Source: Eledone cirrhosa (taxonomy: Eukaryota). From it: a stretch of DNA of 64,000 bases. This document shows, piece after piece, positions 52,812 through 64,000 of this stretch. Below the pieces are notes generated by a model. That model searched no databases and was not told the origin of the DNA. It was given only the letters and a program-made list of their open reading frames with translations. The position numbers and the translations under genes were made by a program. Position 1 is the stretch's first letter; every line of letters begins with the position of its first letter. The stretch lies in the NCBI GenBank assembly GCA_964016885.1, contig OZ024741.1, forward strand, positions 293,694,001 through 293,758,000. The letters run 5' to 3'.

Positions 52812-52895
52812 AAAGGATAGGTTTATATATTTATGCGTGTATATGTATGTATATATATATACATATACACGCATAAATATATAAACCTATCCTTT
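52812..52895. repeat. Perfect 37-bp inverted repeat centred on (TA)n
   Basis: AAAGGATAGGTTTATATATTTATGCGTGTATATGTAT ... reverse complement. Confidence 0.9.
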
Positions 52896-53189
52896 GCTTG
52901 CTTTCTCTTTCTCTTTATTTTTCAGCTCTCTTTCTCACTCCCCTAACCTCTATCAAATAGTTTCTACACAACTCTGTCTTGTTACATTCCAGGAATGAAT
53001 TTCTAATGTTTTAATAAGAATTGAAAACAAACATTTAGTGGATATTTCACTGAGATATTCAGTGTTGTCCAACTAAATACTTTAGCATTTTGCAGTTCTC
53101 AGTTCAAATATCCCCCTAGGATGTGTTTAAGGAGCTTAGTTAGTCTTTTAGTCATTCAAAGATTGATGTGTAATATTCATGTGCTTTAA

Positions 53190-53450
53190 CAGTGAGGCAT
53201 AAGAGAAAAACTGGGCAATTAGATATGTGCAGGACAGAAGATTGCACTGGTATAGGCATGTGATGCATGGGATGTTGATTGGGTGAAGAAATGTCAAGAT
53301 ATCTTAATGGAAGGAAACTGCAGTATGAGAAGACAGGAGAAAGACCTGTAAGATGTGGAGAGATGATTACAAAATGTTGAATCTCTCAGAGGAGATCATG
53401 AAGGAATACATCGTGGAAAGAGGTTATACTGGAAAAGACACATCTAAGCA
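53190..53450 (+). pseudogene. Old RTE C-terminal fragment
   Basis: VQDRRLHWYRHVM..., ends ILEKTHL, similar to the RTE-B ORF end. Confidence 0.6.
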
Positions 53451-53779
53451 TAGACAACAAATATAATATGATGAATGCATAAGTTGGGAGAAGGCTGCCA
53501 TTTATCAAGGTTTCATGTGGTTTTGGAGAGTATAAGACTCCTCTTTGGTTAGGATGCTTGTCAGTTATTTGGGTCTCCTGTCAGTTGGTTTTGCTCATAA
53601 AATCTGTGGCTTTTGATAAGGCTATTAACGCAAACTAAAGAACATGTACCTATATATGTTTCATTGTTGTCAGCAGACAGTATCGGTAGAGAGTCGGACG
53701 CCATGCGGTTGATAAAATAAAGTAGCAGTAATGCACTAGGATAATTGCTGGCCTTGTGCCAAAAGTAGAAACAATTATT

Positions 53780-54110
53780 GCCAGCAGGCAAATTAAACTG
53801 CCTTTTCTTCCCTGCTAAAGGAAGATGGCAATGTAATCTCCACAATGGACTCAGTTGATAGTAAACTCTGTCCCACATGTGACATCATGTGTTCAACATA
53901 AACCCACAAGTCAGCAATACTTGGATACACAACGAGTGCATGCAGCATTTCCTGAGAGTCCTCTGGAAAAGAGTAGCTAGTTGATTTTCATTGGCCCTCA
54001 GAATCTCCCCAGGAACATTATCAATTTTACCCACCACGAAACCTCTATCAAATGCCAGGGTGAGTTTCCAGCAATTGTACTGCTTGATTGGCTGATGGCT
54101 ATGAGCATGT
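53780..54110 (-). mobile_element. Decayed L1/Tx1 fragment homologous to 3000-3480
   Basis: CATAAACCCACAAGTCAGCAAT and GTTGATTTTC.TTG.C.CT match the 2645-4662 element, with internal deletions. Confidence 0.75.
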
Positions 54111-55378
54111 GAAGACATTTCAGAATGATAAAAATAATAATAGGTTCTAGCTGAATAACATTATGGACACCTATAACAAAAGCAAGATTTCAAAGTAACC
54201 AAGTTAGATTGCCAAAACAAAGTGAATCTAACTAGAAAACGATGAAGAATATGAAAGACAAAAACCAATGATCCCTACCAAAATATATTTAAGTATGACT
54301 TGTTTCTATCATATAAATCCTTTTGTTGACACTGGAAATATGTGTGAAAAATACCAGTTGAAAAACAGCCAGAATAATGACTAAAACATTAACAATAAAT
54401 CAAAAGGGGAAAAGAAAGCAACAAAAACCCTGATGTATGCAAGTAACAGTCATAAAATGTATTGATTGTTGATGTATGACAAGTATTCATTCATGAAAAC
54501 ATGTGTGTAACAAAAAGGGACAGAACTATCCCACACAAATACAACAAACACTAAAAATAAAACATGTAAACACTGTAATTCTGTGGAAAGCAGATAAAAA
54601 ATGGTGATACACACTTTGAATTTAAGGAAAGAGAAAATACCAAAAAAATGTGAAAGCATTGAAACAAAAAAATGTCACCCGACAATAATGATGGCATTCT
54701 AAATAAAGTGCCAGAATTTACACCTCAATTGGCACAAATAAAATTGTAAACATAAATATATACGAGAAGAAAATGTTTGTTCTATATACATATTTTATAG
54801 CTACACAGTACTCTAAACATGAAAACAATGGTTTACTCATATAAAATCTGGTAGGAAAATAACCGATATCTTGATTTAAAATTCAATCCCCAACAAACTA
54901 GCAAACCTAAGAAGATATATATCAAAAAGAAAAAAATACTGGAAATAGAGCATCTAAAAGAATAAATACATAATGAAAACACAAATAACAAACACAGAAC
55001 AACTAACAGGCATAAAATAAACCATCAAGATAGAACCAACATATCCAAAACAAAACAAACTCCAACCTTAAAAGACATACCGAGGACTGACCAACAAAAG
55101 CAGATTCAGCTCAGCACACACAAAAATACAAATGAAAGGCAATATGAGGAGGTTGATGTAAGTAAAAATAAACCTTGAAGATGGAATTCAGGGTCGCAAT
55201 AGGTTAAAGATGGAAATAATCCAAGAATTCAAAACAGCAGATCTCCTATGGAAGAACCCCCCCCCCAAAAAAAATCATTGTTGAAATAGCAACAGTTATA
55301 AAATACATTAACTTGGCCGAAACAGAATTCAGTACAGAGTGCCATACTCTTGGGTCTCGAATAATCACCCCCGCCTCT

Positions 55379-56734
55379 CAGTGGTGGATTTAAGGAATAG
55401 AGCCCAGTCGGCATTGGTCAGTAAGGAGGCCCCAGAGTGAAAATTAAAGTACCTTCTTTTCGAGCGAGTATTGAAAAAGTTGTTTTTTTAATTTCCCATT
55501 TAGCTACCAATAATCATTAAGAAGACAATTAAATTACAAGTACACTTTATTTGAAACAAACAAACAGATGTGCTGTACTGTAAACAAATAATAAAGTAAT
55601 AAAGTTGTATATATGTTAGTCTTTTACACAAATTGCTTTTACATGCGCAGACCTCTGCGAGCTTTAACAGTTGAAAAATGAGTTATAGCGTGGTCCAAGT
55701 TTACTGATTTAGTCATTTTGTTTTCAATTGCCAGCAGGGCAAAACTGGATAGCCTCTCCTGGCCCATCGTTGAACGAAGATAATTTTTAATTCTTCGTAG
55801 AACACTGAAAGAGCGTTCCGCACTTGCTATGCCAATTGGTAAAGTGAGAAATAGCCTTACCAGAATTTCAAACTCGGGAAAGACATCACACAAGTCATTG
55901 TTCAGTAAAAATTTCAGATATGGCATAACCCCACTTTGTTTTAAAGCTGCGTTTGGCTGTGAAAAGTAGAGGCCAATGAAAGAAAAGAGTTCATTTCTGA
56001 GTTCCAGTGTGAATTCATTTGGAAAGTTATCTACCAATGTTGCTACATGTGTTTTTAGTTCATCATCTAAGCATTTAGCCAGTCGATTTGGACTCAAAAA
56101 TCCAAAGATTGAAGATATTTTTTTTATTCCTTCAGTTCGGGCTCTCATCTCCCCAATCATACTATCCAGTGATTGAAAATAAATTGCAGTGCGATATCTA
56201 TCTGAAGCAGTAGCTAGTCTTTCAACACCACAAACTTCACCATCCATAATCTTTCTTCTCCTTACTCGCGTTATTTTAAAATCAGCTTCAGATGCATCAA
56301 ATCCCACGTCATTCCAGGCTTTTTTTGCCTGGTCCACAAATTATCTGTTGAACGTTCAAAGCACTCAGTCACAAGGAATAAATAAAAAAAAAACTAAAAA
56401 AAAAAACAAGAAACTAACAAAAATATCGCCAAAAAAACAAAACAATGAAACTAACAAAAACGTTTCAAATAAATAAATAAATCTATATTTCTTTTAACGG
56501 CTAAAAAAAAGGGAATGTAAATTTGTTGGAATAGCCTCATTTCAGCAGCCAGCAGCCACCAGCGAAGTTATTTAGCCTCATATCAGCAGCGAACAGCGAA
56601 GTTATTTAGCCCTAGGCATGGGGGAGGTATTTTTGGATATCGCCCAAATTACAATTTTTTTTTTTTGCAAGCGCCCAGTCAGCAGGGGCCCAGTCGGCAT
56701 TTGCCACCTTCGCCACCTGTTAAATCCGCCACTG
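55379..56734 (-). mobile_element. Internally deleted hAT DNA transposon
   Basis: 15-bp TIRs CAGTGGTGGATTTAA / TTAAATCCGCCACTG; 8-bp TSD CCGCCTCT / CAGCCTCT; subterminal GCCCAGTCGGCATT at both ends. Confidence 0.9.
55639..56337 (-). pseudogene. hAT transposase C-terminal part with dimerisation domain (ZMYM1-like type)
   Basis: FPEFEILVRLFLTLPIGIASAERSFSVLRRIKNYLRSTMGQERLSSFALLAIE; N-terminal two-thirds absent. Confidence 0.88.
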
Positions 56735-59700
56735 CAGCCTCTCACCCTATTAATTTTTCTGATTGTTTCTGATTGCTAATCTATCTCTGGCAAAATTTTA
56801 TTTTAAGTGGTAGCATTCCTGTGACAGTTAATTTTCTTTATACATTGAAATCATTATACATGACAAAACGAACATTACAAGAAATCCCATATATTATAAA
56901 ATAAATTGAATGGGTTGGGGTCTCAATATGTAAACTAAATGACTAATTCTGGTTTTTAAAATAATCAAGTGAAACAACTTAGAAATATAGCCAATTTCCC
57001 AACCCCCTATTATTTGGGACCTGAGGGTAACTAAATATCATAAGGCACTCTTTGTCCAATGCTCCAATGATACTGCCAATCCACCAGTCTCATGATGATA
57101 AGAATGGTTTCTGATTTAGGCACAAGACCAACAATTCTACAGGAGGGAAGTCGATTAAATCGGTGCATTATTGATACTTTATTTATCAACCCCATAAGAA
57201 TGAAAAGCAAAGCTAACCTCGTCGGGATTTGAACTGATAACGTAAAGGGCCATAACTCTATGCTGCAGTGCATATTGTCCAATGCTCTACCGATACTGCC
57301 AATCCACTGCCCTTATCATGCCGGTGATGATAATAATAACAAGAATTATAAAGTATGCATGTTCCTGTAACTCCTGAGGCACCGTATTGACATTCCAAGT
57401 CTGACTATAGCAGATTTCTTCCAGAGAAGGATAGAGAGTGAGAGAGATATATAGAAGAAGAATCAACCTGAATACTTGACTGGTACTTTTTTTTTTATTG
57501 AAGTTGATCTTGATGGGATTTGAACTCAGAGAGCTGGTATGAATATCACAAAGCATTCTATTTGTCGTTCTCACAACTTTGCCAATTTGCTGCCTACAAT
57601 AATCATAATAATAACAAATAAATAATTCATACTGATTTTGAAATGATGTCAGTGTGATTTCTTCAGTGAAATTCAGTAGAGCAATGGAGACTTATAATGC
57701 TTATTTATGCCAATCTGTCAACTTTGGAAGCAAGAATTCACCATTCCGGTTGTTAACTTGGACTGTCAACAATATTGAAAATGATGTTGTTGTTACTATT
57801 GTTGTTGAGAGAAATGATGGAATATTTCTTCCGGACATTGATCTACACATGTTCTAATGGAATGTCAACAACATTAATCTCAGGAAACTCAGGAGGACCA
57901 GTAAAAGGTCATATATACTCCCATTTCTCCTTCTCCTCCTCCATGTTTTTGCTTTTTTCATTCTTTTGCTGGTTTCAATTTTGGGAATGAGGCCATGCTG
58001 GGCTACAGCCTTAAAGTGTTTTTTGTCAATGGTATCGACCCCCAGTACTCATTTTTTAAAAGTCTTGTACATATTTTCTCAATCTCTTGTACCACTAAGT
58101 TATAAACAAAAAAAAGCAGGAACATATGTAAAGACATGGACATATATACACACATCATCACTATCATCACTTTTCATTCATGTTTCCTGAATACATATAT
58201 GTGTGTGTGTGAGTGTAAAATGAGGTTCTGTATAGTTTCTGCCTATCAAATATCATTTACTAGACCTTCGTCAGTCTAGAGCTATAGTAGAAGACTCTTG
58301 TACAATATGCCATGCTATGGCATATCTGTCCCTACAAACAGCTATATGTATGCCTATTTTATGAAATCAAAAAAATGAACGAGACAATTGGTTTTTGAAA
58401 AATGAAAGGAAAATACAATTTACAACTCATACTAATGGAGTTTTAGTTGGCCACCTTCAGATATGCCTCTCATAGGAGGTTTCTCAATTATTTTAATGAT
58501 AGGGGTTCCCAGTCCTATCAAGAATACCAGCATAAAATGAAATTATTTGTTCAAGAAAACCACACATCATGAGCTGAATGCTATAACCATTAGGCTACAT
58601 GCCTTCACAATTGATGTTTGCTTTCATTTTCTTTTTTTTTTTTTTATTCCTAAATGCCCTTAGATTGATGTTTCTTCTTTGGAAGGACGAAATGCAAAGG
58701 CCACTATATCATTATTGGATTTGAACTCAGAATACAAGGAATTTTTGGCTATTCCCCATCTGTTCACATAATTGGTTGAGGGTGGTAGTTTCACAAAATG
58801 ATTAAAGTATCTAACTGCTTTGCAATATTTGTCCCAGCTCTTTATATTGAGTTTAAATTCTACTGGGTCAACTTTGCTTTTCATCCTTCTGGGGTTGATA
58901 AAATTAAGTTCCAGTCAAATACTAGGGTTGATTTAATCAAGTTTTCTCTCTCTCTCCCCTCAAAAATAGCTGGCCTTGTGCCTAAATTAGAAACCTTTAT
59001 AATTGGTTGAATTTACCTCAGTATATTACTGGTAGTTATTTTTTTTGTCCCCAGAAAAATGAATGTAAATCAAAATTTGACCTTGGAAGTTTTTGACCTA
59101 TGAGTATAGTTGGACAAAACTAAATAGTGTAGGTTGTATAATCAAATGAATTACAACTTAGGCCAACACATTGTTCAAAGAATGTTGTTAAAAAGACTAA
59201 AGATACTTGAATGTCTTTGACATATTTGTCTGAAAAGGGATTAACTAATAGCTGAATAATTTAAATTATTATTAATAATAATAATAAACATATTGGCAAT
59301 TTCTCAATATTGCTTCTGATCTATAGATCAGTGTAAAACCCTGTCAGTGTTTGAACAATCTAAACTCTGTCTTTTGTTAAATGATCAGTATTAATCAGAA
59401 TTTTTGCCTTGTTTTCTATGCAAATTTATTGCACAACTCAGCTCTCTGTTGGTATCATAATTATAAGCAGCTGTTTTATCGAGTCTCATTCATTAAGATT
59501 ATAGCATATAAAACATTCATTGTATAAGATGACATTTATCAATGTTTAGGAATTCAATGGATATAGCATGAGCCCATGGTATTTCCTTAATCCATGTCTT
59601 CTAAAATTTAGCAGCTATTCTCTTTCTATTTTTTTTTACTATAAATTTTTCTTTTAATATAATTTCTTTTAATCACAATATTTATTGGATTCTGTTGTGT

Positions 59701-60318
59701 GTATTAGTTAGGGATATGTTTGAATCTTTTGATCTATTTTGCTTCTATATTAGATTTATGATAAAGTCTTAGAGAAGAAAAATATAATGGAAATTATTTG
59801 AGGCAAAAAAATTCAGCTTGCTTGTGGGAAAGTGTGTAGCTTAGTGGTTAACGTGTTCAGATCAATTGTCAGGTGAAGAGTTTGATTATGAGCAGTACAT
59901 TGTGTCCAACAGTACATACAGAACTGTTTGTGAAAAGAGGTAGCAATGGCAGAGTTGTTAGAGCATAGGACAAAATACTTTGCAATATTTCTTCCAGGCC
60001 TCTGTATTTTGAGATAAATTCCATTAAGTTTAACTTTTGCCTTTTCCTCTCTTTATGTCAATAAAATAAATTTCAGTCCAAAGTATTGAATTGGCAAAAT
60101 GATTAGAGTATTAAACAAGATGCATTGCAGTGTTCAACTTTGCATTTAACCTTTCAGGTTCAGTAAAATAAAATACCAATCTAAAGTGGTGAATTGGCAG
60201 TATCATTAGTGCATTGGGCAATATGCTTTACAGTATTACTTTGGTACCTAGGCAAAATAATTTGAATGTAGAATGCAGAACCCTGAAACAGATACCTACA
60301 ATTCCACCAATCCATCAC

Positions 60319-60946
60319 CAGGGTCGGATTCAAACCTTGATGCACCTGGTGCAATTCAGGTTTCAGGAGACCCTCATACACAAATAATTATAATACACAC
60401 CAAACCTCCAATTTAACATATCAATGCCAGCTGGCACAGGTAATTTGAATTGAAAAGTTATACAAGTATTAAATTCAAAAAATTCTAACCATCCTCATTT
60501 TATGTCCAGTTTTCATGCTGGCATGTTTTGGTCAGTTTGGTGCAATCTGATACATCAGAGCCACCTTATCTTGTCCATGCAGTATATATTTGGCATGGTT
60601 TCTATGGCTGGATGCCCTTCCTATCATAACCATTTTAGAGTATTTACTGGGTGCATTGTTTTTTGCAATACCAGCACAACCACTTTACACAGCAACATCA
60701 AATACTTTTTATTAGAATATTGTTTTGATAACAGCCTGATGTCTTTAAAATTGAGAAAATTTGATGAATTTTGCCACAGTAAGGATATTAAATACTTTTT
60801 GTTAAAAATATAGTTTTCATTATCAATGAGATAAAACTAAAAAGCCAAGCAGAGAGCATAATTAAATTGCTATGGCCCCGTTGGTAGAGTCCCTGCAGCT
60901 GGGTAGTGCAGTTGCCCCTTTTGCTTCCTCATTACATCCAGCTCTG
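60319..60946. mobile_element. Non-autonomous hAT-type MITE with a nested RTE 3' fragment (~60490-60700)
   Basis: Perfect 8-bp TSD TCCATCAC on both sides; imperfect TIRs CAGGGTCGGAT / ATCCAGCTCTG. Confidence 0.75.
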
Positions 60947-62349
60947 TCCATCACCTTGGCCTGGTATTTCAATTATCACCCCCCATCTCCATAAAAGGTG
61001 AAAGGCAAAGATAATCTCAATGAGATTTGAACCGAGAACACAGAGCATAGAATAAATACTGCAAGACATTCTATCTAATACTTCAACAAATCTACTAATT
61101 TGTATACCTTGTATTAGCTTTCCATCTTAAATATATGCATACACAATTACATATGGTTCCATATATAGGGAAATTGGAAATAGCAAAAGAGACTTGAATT
61201 TATCGTTTAACACTTTTCATGCCAAACCATTTAAAACTGACTATGGTTCTATTATACAAAGCTATATATTTTAAAGTGTTTATGCTGATATAAAAAACTT
61301 CCATCGCAATTTCATGTTTGAAAATGTATGTTCCAAACACTGGATTAATAATTAGAAAATTAGATATTGTACTAAATCTTTTAAAAGCCTGGTTTTCAAA
61401 ATGATTTTAAAATTACATGCTGCCTTTCATTAGAAATGTGGTAACAAAAGTCTTAAAGTCAATTTATCTAAAAATGTTTCATCATTGTTTTATATAAGAA
61501 TATGTTCCAAACACCAACTTAATAATGAGGCAGTTAGTTACATTACTTAATCCCTCCAAATGTTTTATTTTCAAAATGATTTGGAAATTATATGCAGTAC
61601 TTTTATTAGAAATTAAAGTGTTTATATTTATCAAACAACATTACATCATAATTTTATGTAAGAACCTTTATGTTAGGTTTCAAACACCAGCTTAACAATG
61701 ATAAAGTTAGCTATTCCATAAAATCCCTCCAAATTCTTGATTATTTTCAAAATGATTTGAAAATTATTGACATTGTTTATTGTTAGAAATACAGTATATA
61801 AAATATAAATGAATATATATTAGATTAAAAACATTGAACAAAGAGGGGAATGTCGAAGTATGCTTTGATCTAGGTGAGAGGCGGAATTATATTTTTACCT
61901 TTATCCTAATTATGATAACTATTTCTTCAGAACAGACTCAGTCAACAGAACCACTGATGTATACCTATCTAGATAATAAATATCTCTTATATTTATATAT
62001 ATTGTATTATGTATTTGTATCTAAATTCAATGAGACTAGGTTATGTTATGACAGATAGAATGGACATTTTATATTATGTATGACGGAACTAATAGACTAA
62101 AATACAATATTTACAACATTAAACAGACATGAAACTGTATGGAATTATCAATTATCATTAGGTGTATATGTTGTGTAAAATGTAAACATGGGTACACATT
62201 CTTACATACTTACACACACACACACATACATCTATACACACATTCGTACATGCACTTACATATAAACACATACATACAGACCTGCATTGGTCACATCTAA
62301 AGTATTTCTTGGAATCTTCAATGTCATTCTTCATGAGGCATATTGCTAT

Positions 62350-62765
62350 GGTTTCATACCTCCCTCTTTCTCTTTCCTACCTCCTCCTGATATCTCTCTT
62401 TTCATCTTTCCTCCCTCTCCTTCTTTATATTCCCATACTTCACTTTCTCTTCTCTCTTCCGCTGTCTTCATTCCCCTTCTCTTTTCTCTCTCTCTTCTCC
62501 TTATTATATATATCTTCTCTTTGATCCAGTTCCCTCCCCTTTCCTTTACCTCATTCTCTATCTCCCTCTCTCTTTTTCTACTTTTTCTCAACATCTTTTT
62601 CTCTATCCATCTTCCCTCAATTATTTCCTCCTCATCATCATCATAATCACTCTCTCTATACTCTCCTCCTACTCTGCCTCCTCACATCCTCTATACTCTC
62701 CTTCTTCTCTGCCTCCTCACTCCCTCTCTCTATTCTTATCCTCCCCACCCCCTCTCTCTTGTTTA
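62350..62765. repeat. Polypyrimidine (CT-rich) low-complexity tract
   Basis: Direct reading. Confidence 0.9.
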
Positions 62766-64000
62766 CTGTGTAAATAATAACAAATGTTTTATAATATGTA
62801 CTGTAGTGATTTAGAGCTTTACCAAAACAGGTAGTTAGAGGCAATTCTCATCTATTCTATAATAAATAAATATCCCCATCTAACTGTCATATCAATTCCT
62901 TGCTGTATTATTTTGTGGATGTCTTGAAGAATATTTCCAAAATTATCCTTCATTAGCATTTCAGTCTTTGCTGAGATGAAAGATAAAGTGTGAAGAGAGA
63001 ATATATTTACTCATCTTCAGACTTTGGAATTTCAAGACTTCGATGATTCAGATGAAGAACCTATATATTATGGTTTGGAATAGAATTATTTTCACACAAA
63101 GAAAATTATAGATTTCTCAAATTTAAATAAATTTCTTTCTTTACTTTCTTTTATTTTCTTTTGTTTTTCTTTCGCTTTTCAAGATCAAAAATGTTGAAAT
63201 GGAATATCATTATCATCATCATCATTTTCATCATCATTACCATCATCATCATTACCACCATCTCCATCACCATCATCCTCATCATTGTTGCTATTATTGA
63301 AAAATGAACAAAAAACACATTATTAAAGAAATCTTTGCCTCAGTTTCGATCGTTACTATATTTATAATAAAAATTTCTGTTTTTAGTTAAATGTAATTAG
63401 AAAGAAAACTTTGGTAATTTATCATCTTTCCATTCCATCACATCTTATTGAATTCAAAAATTGTTTAATTTATAAATAATCATTTGTCTGTTCTTCTGTA
63501 AATACTTTAATCACATTGCGCCATATTGAACTTAACAAAAATTCAAGCGCTGTATATTTTTAAAATGTATCATATAGTACAGTGCTGGATGTAGGTTAGG
63601 TGGAGCCCTATGCCTCTGGAACCCAACCTGGTGTTAGAGACCCTAAGAAATCTGCATAGAGGATATACAAAGAAAGTAGTGGTGGTTCATGAACTAAGTT
63701 CAGAATTTTGAGTAATTTTGTTAAAATGATATGCACATGGTATTGTGTATCTATTCTTCACTAAGTATAAACATTTCTCTCTTTTAATTGTTATTCTCAA
63801 TCTGGTAGAGGATTAGTTGTAGCTGAGCCTCTCTCAGTAAATTAATTTCAATAAAAAGAAGCCTTTATAGTGTCAAGATTGGGAACCCTATGCTCTATAA
63901 TACCTAGAGACACCTCTTTAAAATATTACAAGATATCAGAAAAATTCAAAACATATATGACGTTTAATTATTTAAATATTTTCATACATGCTATAAAGTG

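Larger units (their letters stand above)
55347..57027. mobile_element. TA-flanked MITE (Tc1/mariner/pogo-like), split by the hAT insertion
   Basis: TA-CTCTTGGGTCTCGAATAAT ... ATTATTTGGGACCTGAGGG-TA imperfect TIRs; ~320 bp once the hAT is removed. Confidence 0.5.

Noticed and set aside
55170-55245. TTGAAGA..GAATTC..GAATTC AAAA motif (similar weak case CAGATGA..GGAA at ~63040-63070)
   Set aside because: Too many core mismatches to distinguish from chance by eye.

Overview
This is AT-rich eukaryotic (animal) non-coding DNA with dense (TA)n/(CA)n/(CAT)n microsatellites and one 200-N assembly gap. The repeat content (MetaSINE-type SINEs, RTE LINEs with (GAT)n tails) resembles an octopus/cephalopod genome; that assignment is inference. 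I found no convincing host protein-coding exon. Recognisable content: (1) a near full-length but mutated Penelope-like element (Neptune-type RT + GIY-YIG) with inverted pseudo-LTRs, each carrying a minimal hammerhead ribozyme; (2) two subfamilies of RTE-clade LINEs with a PHD-type zinc finger inserted late in the RT region; (3) L1/Tx1 fragments; (4) an internally deleted hAT element nested in a TA-flanked MITE; (5) piggyBac- and hAT-type MITEs; (6) many SINEs. The most striking signal is about 10-14 intact or decayed minimal type I hammerhead motifs. Several lie in short non-coding fold-back units, including a 149-bp-arm palindrome whose hammerheads carry the compensatory U3-A8 core variant. 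All calls are by eye, and coordinates of decayed repeats are approximate.
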